Assembly: GCF_006345805.1 (NCBI RefSeq)
Contig: NC_043003.1
Span: forward strand, 105,028,001-105,092,000
Direction of reading: 5' to 3'
DNA: 64,000 nt
From: Octopus sinensis
Lineage: Eukaryota
The position numbers and the translations under genes are program-made. A model generated the notes under the pieces. It did no database searches. It was not told the DNA's origin and saw only the letters and a program-made list of their open reading frames with translations. Shown piece by piece: positions 49,401 to 62,999 of this stretch. Every line of letters starts with the position of its first letter. The first letter of the stretch is position 1.

Positions 49401-51042
49401 AGCTTTCAAAATTCTAAGGCAGGATTCGAAATTGAATCCAGTTTCCTTCATCTTCTCTGCCCTATTGTTCTCGCTTGTTGCACTAGGAAATTTATGAGAG
49501 TAAACTGACCGTTTAACCTTTTTCGAGACATACATGGGTTAAGTCTGATCAGAGAGAGAAAATCCTTTGTCTAGCCAGACCTAATTTAACCAGGGAAAAT
49601 ATAAATACGCAGTCAAAAACCAGTTCTATCTCTTCGATCCTTTGGCCTCTGGCCAAAGAGCATATCTCTTTCTCACTTCAAGCATACCTGTCAACGTGCA
49701 ATACAAGAAGTCTTACTTTTTCTATCTGCTTAGATTCTCTCTTTCTCTTAGCAGTCACCCACAGATGAACCTAGCTATCTACAGAATGTTGTATACCAAA
49801 ACAACTCGAAGGAGTTGTAATTCATTTTGTAACGATGACGATAATAAACAAGGAACCATTTCAACAAACGATTAATATTTTCTCTCATTTATTCGGTGCA
49901 CGTTATCATTACACATGATCGTTATAATTAATGACTTCCGATTTTTATAAACTGTTAAAACTAGATCTTACACTCAATCAGTATATATACATACATACAC
50001 GTTGGGCTGCCACACAGCTTCAGTCTACCAAATTCATTCTTAAGCCATTGGTAGGTCTGGTGTTATAGCAGAAGATACGTGCCCAAAGTGCTGCGCAGTA
50101 GGACTGAACCCGAATTCACATGGTAGACTTTTTTCTTTTTCCTTTTATAGCCATAATTCTGATGAAATTCGGCACGTTTTCTGGGAAAATAATCAATCAG
50201 TAAATGGAATGATGAATATATGTGACACTTTCTTAAAGTTAAGCTTTTAACTATTGCAGTTGTATAAATTCCATTCAAGGGGTTTGTTCTTTTGCTAGAA
50301 GCCTACCAAATCTTTATAGGAAGAATTCCATGAATAATAAAAGAGCTTATAATTCAGACACATATTTTTCTGCTCACGTTTTTCTCTCTTTTACTCTTTT
50401 ACACGTTTCGGTCATTTGACAGTGGCCATGTTGGAGCACTGCCTTTAGTCGAGCAAATCGACCCCAGGACTTATTGTTTGTAAGCCTAGTACTTATTCTA
50501 TCATTCTCTTTTGCCAAATCGCTACATTTCAGGGACACAAACACACCAATATCGGTTGTCAAGCGATAGTGGTGGTGGTGGGACAAACACAGACACAAAG
50601 ACACACACAAATAAATATATATATATATACATGACGGGCTTCTTTTAGTTTCCATCTACCAAATCCACTCAGAAAGCTTTGGTGGGTCCAAGGCTATATA
50701 GTCAAAGACGCCCAAGGTGCCACGTAGTGGGACTGAACCCAGAACCATGTGATTGGGAAGCCAGCTTCGTACCACACAGCCACGCATTTCCATGTTTTTT
50801 TTCTCTCCTCATTCCTTTCTGTAGCTTGAAATGCCAGACTTCTTCCATTCCTTCTTCTTTTTTTTCCTTAGCCTTAAACTAATAAACCCTGTTTGTTGTT
50901 CCCTAACCTCGCCTTTATGGGATTTGTTTTGTTGATGTGCATTTTGGACCATGCATTCATATATACAGTATGTATTTACACATACATATATACACATTCT
51001 TTCATACATACATATATGCATGCATTCATTCATACTACATAT

Positions 51043-51073
<31 letters not shown>

Positions 51074-51217
51074 CACACACACCACACACACACCACACAC
51101 ACACAACACACACACACACAACACACACACACACATACATACATACATACATACATACAACATACATACATACATACATACATACATACATACATACATA
51201 CATACATACAACATACA

Positions 51218-51249
<32 letters not shown>

Positions 51250-52730
51250 CATACATACATACATACATACATACATACATACATACATACATACATACAT
51301 ACATACATTTGAAGCAAGATTCGAAACCGAATCTACGAATTGCCAAGTTGAAATCACGATTAATAACAACTTTTCATGTGATCGACTGAGTTATGGACCA
51401 ATCAGCAGGCAGACAGACTACTGATTGATCCATAGATTATTCAAGAAGCCTGCAGCATATTCCCCTAAAAAGGCCAAGAAGCCAATACGCACGTTTTGCG
51501 CACCAACTTCCAGATTATGACCGTCCACAACTAAGCTAACCACACAGTACTTAGCTGTTTTTAACAGTCGTTGACACGACTCTTATTCAACCTGGATATT
51601 CCGCTACAATTCAACGACATGAACATAACGTGTCTATTTTCTCCAGCTTAATTACCGAGTCCTATTAATGGACTATTTGTAAGAGCTAAATAATATTCTT
51701 TCCAATGAGAAACTTTGTTTCCTAAGTGTAAACTTTGTGGTTGCAGTTACTAATTCATGACCAACACGAAAATTATTTGTGCGGCAAAATACAATTCTGT
51801 TAATTGTTCACGGATGTTATGCATTCATTATACGCAGCCAGATTCCAACTCGACTTCCAGAATCTCTTATCTTTTATCCTTTGTCTATCGAGGCAACCAT
51901 CTGCACCTTGTGACACATTCTTACATACATACATACATATACTATTATCAAACCGCATAAACCACGACAGATGTTGACACTAATATAGCGTATATTGTAA
52001 AATACTGTCTAAATTCTAAGGATGGAAGATTTTTCTCAGTTAATGGCAAGCTCCTTCGTTCACTGTAACTTTAAAGAATATTTTTAAAAACCCTTTTCTT
52101 TTACATATACTTTCGTGCATTCACACACACACACTGCAGTGTCGAATGAGTTGTTATTTTAGAAATGAAGGAAATCTCGGATGCAGAAGAATAACTGTGA
52201 AAACAGATTTGAGGATCGGGTAATATACCCTCAAAAAAGTGGACGACCAACCGCTACAGAGAAACGAGCGGAAACACACACACAAAGAGATTGGAGGAAG
52301 AGAGAGAATGATACATACTTACATGTACATATGTGTGTGAATGAGTGACTGTGTGTTCACAAAATATGTATGAGCAAATCTTTTAGTAATTATGTCAATA
52401 TATCGTCTCTTGAGCATTTTGTGCGTCAGTATGTGTATTCCTGCATAAGTCTGTTTGTGTGTACATATTCTTGTATGTGTTTGTGTGTGTCATTTATAAC
52501 CATATGGTAGTAATAAATAAAGTGGGACAAAGTCACTTATGGTCAATTAAACCCCCTAAGTACCTACCATACTAAGTTAGACAATGAATAGCATGAGGCG
52601 GTGATACGTTTGAAATGGTGACAGACAGGGCTGCAAGTAAGTAATCTGAGCGAGCGTAAACTCACAAATATTCTCACAAACACCTCACTTTTATGAAACG
52701 AACGGATTTCTTCTTGCTTTTACAATTTGG

Positions 52731-53132
52731 GGATCTTTTCGGTTTGAACGGCAGTTTTTTCTAGCGGTGTCATATGAAATTATCACCCATAATTATGACT
52801 CTAGTATCGATCTATTGCATTTCAATCTGTGTTAGGGTTAGGGGTGGGGGGAAGGGTATCTTTTTTTTCTTCACAAATGTAAATAAACCAAATATGTTTC
52901 TTAAACGAGGGACATATTCATACAGCACAGAATGTTTTCACCTCAATAGACATCATTGATTGGTTGAAATTGAAGAAATAAAACAACAAATATATTACAA
53001 ACTATAGAATTTTCTCAATAAAGCCAAAAGAAAAAGATGTTTTATAAATACATTCTTCCAGTATACGAAGTTTAAAATTTTTTAGTTACCTAGAAATTAT
53101 GTTAAAAACTGCCGTTCAAACCGAAAAGATCC
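52731..53132. mobile_element. MITE with perfect ~29-bp TIRs (GGATCTTTTC family)
   Basis: ggatcttttcggtttgaacggcagttttt / aaaaactgccgttcaaaccgaaaagatcc; no TSD visible. Confidence 0.75.
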
Positions 53133-54269
53133 CGACTAACACCTTCTCCCTTAAAAATTGCTGGTCTTGTGCCAAAATTTGAAACCAGAATTGTTTAATC
53201 CCGAGTCGGCACTGACCAAGCAGATCTATGACCCAAAATATTCAACCCATGGCCGACCCTCTCTGTCTTTCTTTTTTGTTTGTTTGTTATTGTTTTTGAT
53301 AGTATATCACGAATTACATTACTTAACCGTTTTAATACCAAACCGGCTGAAACTGCCTTTGGCTCTGTAGTACAAATGTCTTGTTTTCATCAGTTTTGAA
53401 TTAAAATCTTGCATCAAACCTTAGTCACAATTTATGTTCCTAACACTAGCTGAATGATAACCAAGTTATTTTACTAAATTCTTTGTTTTATTTAAAATTA
53501 ATTGAAAGAAACACAGAGCGTCTCAACAGGAATATGGTAACAAAAGAGTTAATATATTCTCTTTTAAAAGAGTGAAAGAGTAGTTTGAGAGTGAATCGGT
53601 TACTATTTCTAACAGAGCGGGAGACCGCACGGTATAATTGTGAATGGTTGCTTGTGGAAGATTAAGATACGGCACAGAGATGTTGCATGTTAGAGGGGAG
53701 GCTGAGTGTCGCAGAATTACAAAAATAAGTTGAAAGATATGTGATATATTTGGGATTTTATCGGATCATTACGAAGTTTCACGACTGCGACGAGATGGAG
53801 TCAGTTTTGACGGAGAATATTTTGTCGATGTTTTTAGAAGTCTGTTACTGTGGGAGGAGAATGGTTAAGCATACAAAGCTCACACGAAGTAAGTCGCCAG
53901 TGTGTGTGAGGGAGGGAGGGGAGAAGGAAAGAGAACCAAGTCTCTGGCTTCCACGATGACAGAAATAAACTGTCTGCAAGTGGACCAAAGGAATGAGAGA
54001 AGTTGTCTCACTGAAACTTGCAGATAAAAGAGTGTTTTTGTACAAATATCTCATTATATAAATAATCCTTTCGGATCTTTTCAATCTGAGAGACAGCTTT
54101 TTAAAATTAATTTCTCTTTAACTAAACACTTTCAAACTTCGGATACTGGTAAAATGTGTCACATTGAACAGGGTTTACTCTTAGCGTTGTTGACAAAATT
54201 TTGTATTTTAGAAGTTATTTCGTGTTAAAGTTGTCGTATTTGGGTAATTTTAACCAATCAATGACGTGA

Positions 54270-55235
54270 CTGGTACTTAATTTATCGATCCTGAAGGATG
54301 AAAGGCAAAGTCGACCTCGGCGGAATTTGAACTCAGAACGTAGCAGCAGACGAAATACTTATTTCTTTCCTACCCATAAGGGGCTAAACACAGAGAAGAC
54401 AAACAAGGACAGACAAGCGGATTAAGTCGATTATATCGACCCCAGTGCGTAACTGCTTCTTAATTTATCGACCCCGAAAGGATGAAAGGCAAAGTCGACC
54501 TCGGCGGAATTTGAACTCAGAACGTAGCGGCAGACGAATACTGCTAAGCATTTCGCCCGGCGTGCTAACGATTCTGCCAGCTGGCCGCCTTTCTCATTTT
54601 ATAAATAATGGCTTCAAACTTTGCCACAAGGTCAGCGCGTTCGGGGGAGAGGATAAGTCGATTACATCGACCTCGGTACTCAATTAGAACTTATTTTATC
54701 GACTCCGAAGGACGAAAGGGAAAGTCGACCTCGATGGAATTTGAACTCAGAACGTAGCAGCAGACGAAATACTTATTTCTTTCCTACCCACAAGGGGCTA
54801 AACACAGAGAAGACAAACAAGGACAGACAAACGGATTAAGTCGATTATATCGACCCCAGTGCGTAACTGGTACTTATTTAATCGACCCCGAAAGGATGAA
54901 AGGCAAAGTCGACCTCGGCGGAATTTGAACTCAGAACGCTACGGCAGACGAATACTGCTAAGCATTTCGCCCGGCGTGCTAACGATTCTGCCAGCTGGCC
55001 GCCTTTCTCATTTTTTAAATAATGGCTTCAAACTTTGCCACAAGGTCAGCGCGTTCGGGGGAGAGGATAAGTCGATTACATCGACCTCGGTACTCAATTA
55101 GAACTTATTTTATCGACTCCGAAGGACGAAAGGGAAAGTCGACCTCGATGGAATTTGAACTCAAAACGCGAAGACAGACGAAATGCCGCTAAGCATTTTG
55201 CCCGGTATGCTAACGATTCCGGCAGCCTGTCGCCT
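54270..55235 (-). mobile_element. SINE family B array with 414-bp higher-order duplication
   Basis: gaaatacttatttc at 54352 and 54766; blocks near-identical. Confidence 0.85.
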
Positions 55236-55521
55236 TATCTCAATATATGAATAACTGTGCTAAAGTCGAATGGGGGCATTGACATTGGAAGTAAATGAGT
55301 TTATCTAAGCTGAATTCATGTCTAACAATTGGTGGCGAATTTGACATGTTGAAGTAATAAATTTTCAGTGCAAATTCCGAGAACAATGGACGGAAGCACG
55401 AAGACTGGGGTTTCGATCCTTGGTTGCGAATTCAGTGTGTATCTACTACATAAGTTTTCTTCATTGGACGCTCCATTGACGACGATGTCTCACGTTACGT
55501 TAGCGTTGCAAAGTGAAGATA

Positions 55522-55920
55522 TCTTTATATATAAAAGTCAAGTTGTGTGTCTGTCTCCTACAATTTAGATTCCTAACTACTCCCACATTTTGCGGTGCAG
55601 TTTAACCAAAAGCGGGTATCTTATAGTCGTGATTTATATCGAGCCCTTCTGGGTATTACCGCGCGTCTACGATGAGTCTACGATTTAAAAAAAAATTTAC
55701 CATCATTTTTTTTCCATTTTAATGCAGTTTTTTCGCTATTATATAAGGGAAGTAACTCTCTAAAAATGTCTACGATGACTCAACGATTTAAAAAAAAAAT
55801 TACCATAATTATTTTTCCATTTTTAATGCATTTTTTTGTTATTTTTTGGCTAAACTCTCTAAAAATGCTTATATAGTTATTTCCCTTACAAACTCGAGCA
55901 ACGCCGGGCGATACTGCTAG
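55522..55920 (+). mobile_element. Intact non-autonomous Helitron, 399 bp
   Basis: A|TC 5' end at 55522, subterminal hairpin ctcgagcaacgccggg, CTAG|T 3' end at 55920, no TSD: canonical Helitron. Confidence 0.92.
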
Positions 55921-56299
55921 TTTACTATACGATTGTTTGCTTCGAAATGAATATTGTGCTGATTCCTGCCTCACAGCTGGCCCCTGGGTTTAATACTCAA
56001 ACTCAAAAGTTGGACGGAAATATAAGGCTTTTAGATGGCAGAATTGGTTCGGTAGAGCATCGGCCAAATTACATTATACCGGTTTTTATTTATGTTATTT
56101 TATGTTCCGGATTTAAATCATATTGAAATCGACTTGACCTTTCAACATTGTAAGGTCATTAAAATAAGCACGAACCGAGAATTGTGATCGATATTAATCG
56201 ACGATACCACTCAATCCAGTGCCCCAGCATGGCCAATATACAATAATGAAAATCAGTAAAAGACCAAAAATGTATACACATATAAAATGTATACACATA

Positions 56300-56331
56300 T
56301 ATCGTCGTCGTCGTCAACATCGTCATCATCG

Positions 56332-56372
<41 letters not shown>

Positions 56373-56388
56373 GTCATCATCGTCATCG

Positions 56389-56426
<38 letters not shown>

Positions 56427-56427
56427 T
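56300..56427 (+). repeat. (CAT/CGT)n trinucleotide microsatellite
   Basis: Direct reading; gives the poly-D/H/S/M ORFs. Confidence 0.95.
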
Positions 56428-57052
56428 ATTCCCGGAAGACTTGTGTCAGTAGTGTTCTCAGGTATCTCTCCTCCGTAGGATCTTGTCAAACGCAACCGTC
56501 ATTGCATTTATTAGCTGCATTCCTAAGCATGACCAACGGAGTTTTATGGGCATTACCCAACCATCTGGTTCTTAGTCCACTCCTAAGTCTCCTGCCAGAT
56601 GGTTTAAACTGTCTTGCGATGCTTTCTTGCGGTATTCGAACTACAGGCCTGTAGCACCGGAGCCGTCACCTCTCAATGCCGAGAAGTAGCGACTCGATTT
56701 GGGAAACAACCTGCTGTTACGCGTCCCGTTGAGTGGCGTCAGTCCTGAGAGCCTTCGGGAGAATCCCATTCCAGCCACTTGGAGTTGAACACAAACTATT
56801 TTGTATTACTCTATACTCTCTTTTACTTGTCTCAGTCATTTGACTGCGGCCATGCTGGAGCACTGCCTTTTTGGTCGAGACAATCGACCCCAGGACTTAT
56901 TCTTTCTAAGCCTAGTACTTATTCTATCGGTCTCTTTTGCCGAACCGCTAAGTTACAGGGATGTAAACACACCAGCATCGGTTGTCAAGCGATGTTGGGG
57001 TGAACAAACACAGACACACAAACATATGCACACACACACACACACACACACA

Positions 57053-57135
<83 letters not shown>

Positions 57136-57564
57136 ATATATATATATATATATACATACATATATACGATGGGCTTCTTTCAGTTTCCGTTCACCAAATC
57201 CACTCACAAGGCTTTGGTCGGCCCGAGGCTATAGTAGAAGACACTTGCGCAAGGTGCCACGCAGTGGGACTGAACCCGGAACCATGTGGTTGGTAAGCAA
57301 GCTACTTACCACACGTGTCTAAATTACAATAAAATGCAGTAGGATGTAGTTTGAGGGAAATTTGTATTCGAGAAAGGAAAAACGAAATTAGATTTCATTA
57401 ATTTTTTTTTGTTTTTTCTTGTATAAATGTAAGAGGGATCGAAGATGAGTTCAGGGAGTTGATTTTTCGCGAGAAATGAAGTATTCTAATGTTTCGAACA
57501 TATGAAATAACGTTGCATTGAGGGTGAGAATCGAAACCTCACATATTTAGTTGTCACTTAAAAC

Positions 57565-57606
57565 CACTTCCGGTTTGGCGATGCACCCTGATTATCGACC
57601 AATCAG
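57565..57606. promoter_or_regulatory. Possible TATA-less promoter motifs (ETS site + CCAAT box)
   Basis: CACTTCCGG (57565-73) and GACCAATCAG (57597-606) in non-repetitive, CpG-retaining DNA; no transcript evidence. Confidence 0.2.
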
Positions 57607-58876
57607 CTTGCAAAAGTATCGCTCCATATCATAAAACTTAGTCGAATGTTCTATTATCTTTTCCCTTGCTTTCGTAGTATTAAGGCGAAAGCCTGTCAAG
57701 AACAACCGCAGAGGCTGAGAACACACCTCTTACCAACAGCAAGCCAGAGTGTAGCTCTGTATAGTAGAACAACGTCGAGTTTCCCTTTATTGAAGTGAAA
57801 ATAATTTCTCTTCATAATTTGGGACCACTTCTCGAACCTTACTAATCATTGCAATGGACAATAGTTACACTGAAGCTCGATTCTAATCTCCTACATCTCC
57901 GCCAGTAATCATTAGAAATTCATTTATGTACAATAAATCTTACAATAATATATTCTATTGTGTTCGCGTCTATTCAGTATGGAACACCTCACAGCACAGC
58001 AGTGAACCCGCGACAATGTGTTTTTAGAGAAAGCGGGGAGGCAGAGAAAGGGAGAGAGAGGGTGAGAGATAAAACGAGAGAGGGGAGAGGGAGGGTGAGT
58101 GAGAGGAAAATAGAGAGACCATAGAAGAACTATTGCTTATAATACAAATGTTTTGAATGACATAAGGGACTAAAGCCATCTGAATATGGCTAGGGACAGG
58201 GCAGGGTGGTGGGGGTGTTACTGTTGCATTTAGCCCCAGGCGAACATCGACGTCGCTAGATAGGCCCGACACCGTCACGGTGTCCTTTAACCTGCAAAGG
58301 GAGAGAAATAAAGAAAAGGAGTAATGTGGAGGGGTTGCTGTCAGAGAAGGGAAAACCAGTGAGAGATAGTATGAATAACGAGGAAGGAGAAGGGTATAAA
58401 ATATGAGAGAGGGATGGCCAAAATGTGTAGGAAGAGTCAGGTCAGTTGAAATGGGAGGAAGAGAGTAAAGGTGAGGTAGGAGGTAAGTGAGAATGCAAGG
58501 CGATAAGGAGAATGTAAAAAAGAACACACTCAATAAAATATAAGGAGCGAAAGACAGGAAAAAGGGAAGGAGAAGAGGGCGAAAGGTAGAGTAGCAAGCA
58601 AATATCGAAGGGATTGTCCGTAAACAGTTTTCCCATGGTGATTACGGATCTTTACCTTTTGACCGACAGATTTTAAAATATTTTTTTGGAAGTAAACACT
58701 TTCAAACTTCGTATACTGGTAGAATGTGTCACATAAAACATCTTTTTCTCTTGGCATTGTAGAGAAAATTCTGTATTTTGGAAGTTATTTTTTGTTAAAG
58801 TTGTCGCATTTCGGTAATTTCAACCAATCAATGACGTGTATTCAGCTGAATAAAATTACTGCCGTTGTTTGACACC

Positions 58877-58914
<38 letters not shown>

Positions 58915-59367
58915 CACACACACACACACACACACATTTATATATAAGGTATTTACCACGTGAACTACGATGAAAAATATATGAGAAAGATATGGTATAT
59001 AATTTTTTTTTGTGCAGGGGTTCCTTGAGACGTGATATATTTTAAGGGTTACGCAAAGGTAAAAAGGTTGAGAAACACTGCCCTTCAGCCACATCGACTG
59101 CCATCCCTTTTCCCTGCAAAGGGGTCTTGTACTCGACGCGCTTCCATTCAGAATCTGGATCGCACTCTTCTTGCCATGGGGCTGTAAGCTCGGTCAGGCT
59201 TGCTTTCTTTGCCTTTCCTGATTACAAATCAACGTCTGGTCTCAGCCTTGTGAGTGGATTTGGTGAACGGAAACTGAAAGAAGCCCATCGTATATATGTA
59301 TGTTACAGCTTGCTCTTTTGTCTGTGCATGCGCGCGCGTGTGTGTGTCGTTCTCCTGCTGGGGTCAA

Positions 59368-60319
59368 CTATCCTGAGAAAAACTTCGGAGGGAACCAGCT
59401 ACTAGACGGTTCGATTGGTTTTTCGCCCCCTCATCCAGTTCCGACGATTGATTTGCACGTCAGAGGCGCTTCGGAGTTCCACCAGAGTTTCTTCTGGCTT
59501 CGTTCCGACCGGGCGTGGATCGCCATCTTTCGGGTCCCCGACCGCCTGCTACACCTGAGTCGGAACGGGAATGTGATGACGCGCGGAAACGCGATCGCGA
59601 ACGCGCAGACCCAACCCGGGAACGATGCTTTGAGGTGCCGCGCCCGCCGCGACGACGTGTCGCGTTCTCGCATTCGCTGTGCCGTCGGAGTTCGTGAAGT
59701 GTAAGGTTCTAATGACTCGTAGTCGACTGGGACTCCTCGGTCCGTGTTTCAAGACGGATCGGGTAGGTTGCCGATGCTCGTCGCTGACCGGCTGCAGTGG
59801 GCGGCTGCGTCGCGCGCCTCGAAGCGCACGACTCGCTACGTCGTACTTGCTAAGGGCGAGGTGCGTTAGTCTGTCTCCGTCAATTAGCCGTGTCTGCGCT
59901 TACGTGGAACGACGGGCCCGGTCGAGAGAAGCGCATCGGTCCAGACACCGGCCGGCTGCGAATCCGGCAGCGGTGGGGCCTTGCCCTGCGACCTGCAGGC
60001 GCGGCGCGCCTACCGGCCTGACGGGAACAGGTCGCGATGACTGATAGGAAGGGCAGTCCGTCTGATGCCGGCGGCTCGGAAATCGAGCGCCCACGAGGCG
60101 GCAGACGACCGCCCGCTGAACGAGCGGCCGTCACCGGCGACGGCAGCTCCACGGTGGGAAGCAGCGGACTGAGTCTCCTCGCGATCGCGATAAGCGGTCC
60201 TACCCGTTTACCCTTGGGCAGTTTCAGGGTCTCTTGAACTCTCTCTCCAAAGTTCTTTTCAATTCTCCCTCGCGATACTTGTCGGCCATCGGACTCGTCC
60301 CTGTATTTAGCCTTGGATG
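59368..60319 (-). rRNA. 28S (LSU) rRNA gene fragment covering D2-D3, dispersed pseudogene
   Basis: Minus strand: CATCCAAGGCTAAATAC...GAAAAGAACTTTGGAGAGAGAGTTCAAGAG; CCGTCTTGAAACACGGACC; GAACCGTCTAGTAGCTGGTTCCCTCCGAAGTTT..CTCAGGATAG; GC-rich; no 18S/5.8S/ITS or downstream 28S; left edge may extend to ~59348. Confidence 0.95.
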
Positions 60320-60544
60320 CACACACACGCAAACGCACATACACACAAATATGATTTCTTTTTTTTGCTTTCCCTTCTTACTTCATGCACTCTCTCTCTC
60401 TCTCCCGCTCTCACACACAAACACACGAACATTACCTTACGTACATTCGATATATAAGCCGAATGTGGAGTATATTGATAGATTTGCATGTCATCCTCTG
60501 AACGCGCGCGTGTATACGTGTGTTCATGTGTGTGTGTGTGTGTG

Positions 60545-60578
<34 letters not shown>

Positions 60579-60661
60579 CGCGCGCGCGTTCGTGTTGGGT
60601 TTTTTTCTTGACGGATGTAGAAGCAATAATGGTGAAGTAGAACTTGATGGAGACGGATGAC

Positions 60662-60712
<51 letters not shown>

Positions 60713-61220
60713 GGTGGTGGTGGTGGTTAGGGTGGTATGCTGAAGTGAAAAGTGAAAGCCAAAAAAACATTTAAGGATTAGGCGCCAATCAATGCGCTGA
60801 TCGATAGCGTACCCCAATAGAATTGTATTTTACCGAAAAGTTCCGAGAGGCTACAGTCTCCTATGCCCCATTTCCTTAGCTTCGTGGTGCCAGAAATGAC
60901 CACGCTTCTCATGAGATTTTAGGCTTAATAAAATATTATAGAAGATTCAATCTAGCAAATGCTGAATAAAAAAAAAATCGAACCACTTCTATCTGCTGAA
61001 ATCTAAAAAGTTCAAATGGGATAGTGAGCAAGAAAAGGCATTTCAAAAACTCATCACCCACCTTTCTGAAGCTCCGGTTTTCAAGCCACATTCGATGGAG
61101 GAGATGAACACTTTCACTTTTAAGACATCGCTCCATTTAAAATGAATCAAAACTTCATATCAAAAATAAGTTACCTTCACACTGTGCTCAAGTTGTTCCT
61201 ACAACCAGAACTCAGACTAT

Positions 61221-61890
61221 TATTCTTTTCTACTCTAGGCACAAGGCCCGAAATTTTGGGGGAGGGGGCCAGTCGATTAGATCGACTCCAGTACGCAACT
61301 TGTACTTAATTTATCGACCCCGATAGGATGAAAAGCAACGTCAACCTCGGCGGAATTTGAACTCAGAACGTAACGGCAGACGTTCTGAGTTCAAATTCCG
61401 CCGATATCAACTTTGCTTTTCATCCTTTCGGGGTCGATTAAATAAGTATCAGTTACACACTGGTGCCGATATAATCGACTTAATCCGTGTGTCTGTCCTT
61501 GTTTGTCCTCTCTGTGTTTAGCCCCTTGTGGGTAGTAAAGAAATAGGTATTTCGTTTGCCGCTACGTTCTGAGTTCAAATTCCGTCGAGGTCGACTTTGC
61601 CGTTCATCCTTTCGGGGTCGATTAAATAAGTACCAGTTACGCACTGGGGTCGATGTAATCGACTTAATCCGTGTGTCTGTCCTTGTTTGTCCTCTCTGTG
61701 TTTAGCCCCTTGTGGGTAGTAAAGAAATAGGTATTTCGTCTGCCGCTACGTTCAGAGTTCAAATTCCTTCGGGTTCGATTTTGTCTTTTATCCTTTCAGG
61801 ATCGATAAATTGAGTACTAGTTGCGTACTGGGTCGATCTAATCGTCTGGCCCCTCCCCCAAAATTTCGGGCTTTGTGCCTAGAGTAAAAA
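61221..61890. mobile_element. SINE family B inverted pair: one minus copy fused head-to-head to a plus-strand trimer
   Basis: Perfect 23-bp arms 61348-61370 / 61381-61403; junction gaaataggtatttc at 61540 and 61724 (184 bp period). Confidence 0.85.
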
Positions 61891-62569
61891 GTATATCATT
61901 ACAATATCATCTGATCTGAACTATTGACTTTGATTTCTAAAAAAAATTCTTTTATCTCGTTATTCTATTTATTTATTTATTTATTTATTGCCTTATTTCA
62001 TTATGTTTTAGACTTTGTATTTTTGCCGAGGTTCAATCAGTTCATTTGCCGTTTTGTGAAGTTCAAATACGTAAACTTGCCAATCTTGGGACACCAAAAA
62101 TGTTGTTTTTTGCGCGTTTGTTTGTCTTAACTTTTGTTTATTCATTTATTCAGTCATGTGACTGCGACCATGCCACAACACGCCCTTGAAGGGTTTAGCC
62201 AAACAAATCGCCCCCCATACTTATTTTTAAGTCGAACAAATCGATCCCAGGATTTATTCTTTGTAAGCCTGGTACTTATCCTATCGGTCTCTTTTGCCGA
62301 ACCGCTAAGTTACGTGAATGTAAACACACCAACATCGGTTGTCAAGTGATGGTGGGTGGACAAACACAGACACACAAACGTATATATATAGATATATATA
62401 CACACGACGGGCTTCTTTCAGTTTCCCTCTAACAAATCCACTCACATGGCTTTGGTCTGCCCGAGGCAATAGTAGATGACACTTGTCCAAGGTGCCACGC
62501 TGTGGAATTGAACCTGGAACCATGTGACTGGTAAGCAAGCTATTTACCACACAGCAACTCTTGCGCTTA

Positions 62570-62661
<92 letters not shown>

Positions 62662-62695
62662 TATATATTATATATATATATATATATATATTATA

Positions 62696-62727
<32 letters not shown>

Positions 62728-62999
62728 GACGAGCTTCCACAGAGTTTCCGACTACCAAATTCGCTCACAAATCATTGGTCGACTCGGCACTATGGAAGAA
62801 GGTACTCGACCAAGATGCTGCGCAGTGGGGCTGAACCTGAAACCACGTGGTTGCAAAGCGAGTTTCTTAACCACACATCCATGCCTACAGCCACAAAAAA
62901 AAAAACTAATCATCGCGGCCACACTCAAATGAAATCGAAAAATCGTGTATTTTTTCGTAGTTGTGCTTATGGTCGATCGCATTTTTTTTTTTAAAGGGA

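Noticed and set aside
59368-60319. Functional rDNA unit
   Set aside because: It is only an internal 28S piece, with no 18S, ITS, 5.8S or 3' 28S, and has substitutions in invariant motifs
59300-60545. Arg/Ala-rich ORFs on both strands
   Set aside because: They overlap the GC-rich 28S rRNA fragment, which is stop-poor and non-coding
8583-62932. Dozens of ORFs rich in HT/YI/CV/H/D/M repeats (e.g. 10343-10711 poly-His, 16290-17123, 23189-23653, 50809-51389, 56159-56495)
   Set aside because: They are direct translations of (CA)n, (TA)n, (CATA)n and (CAT)n microsatellites that lack stop codons by chance
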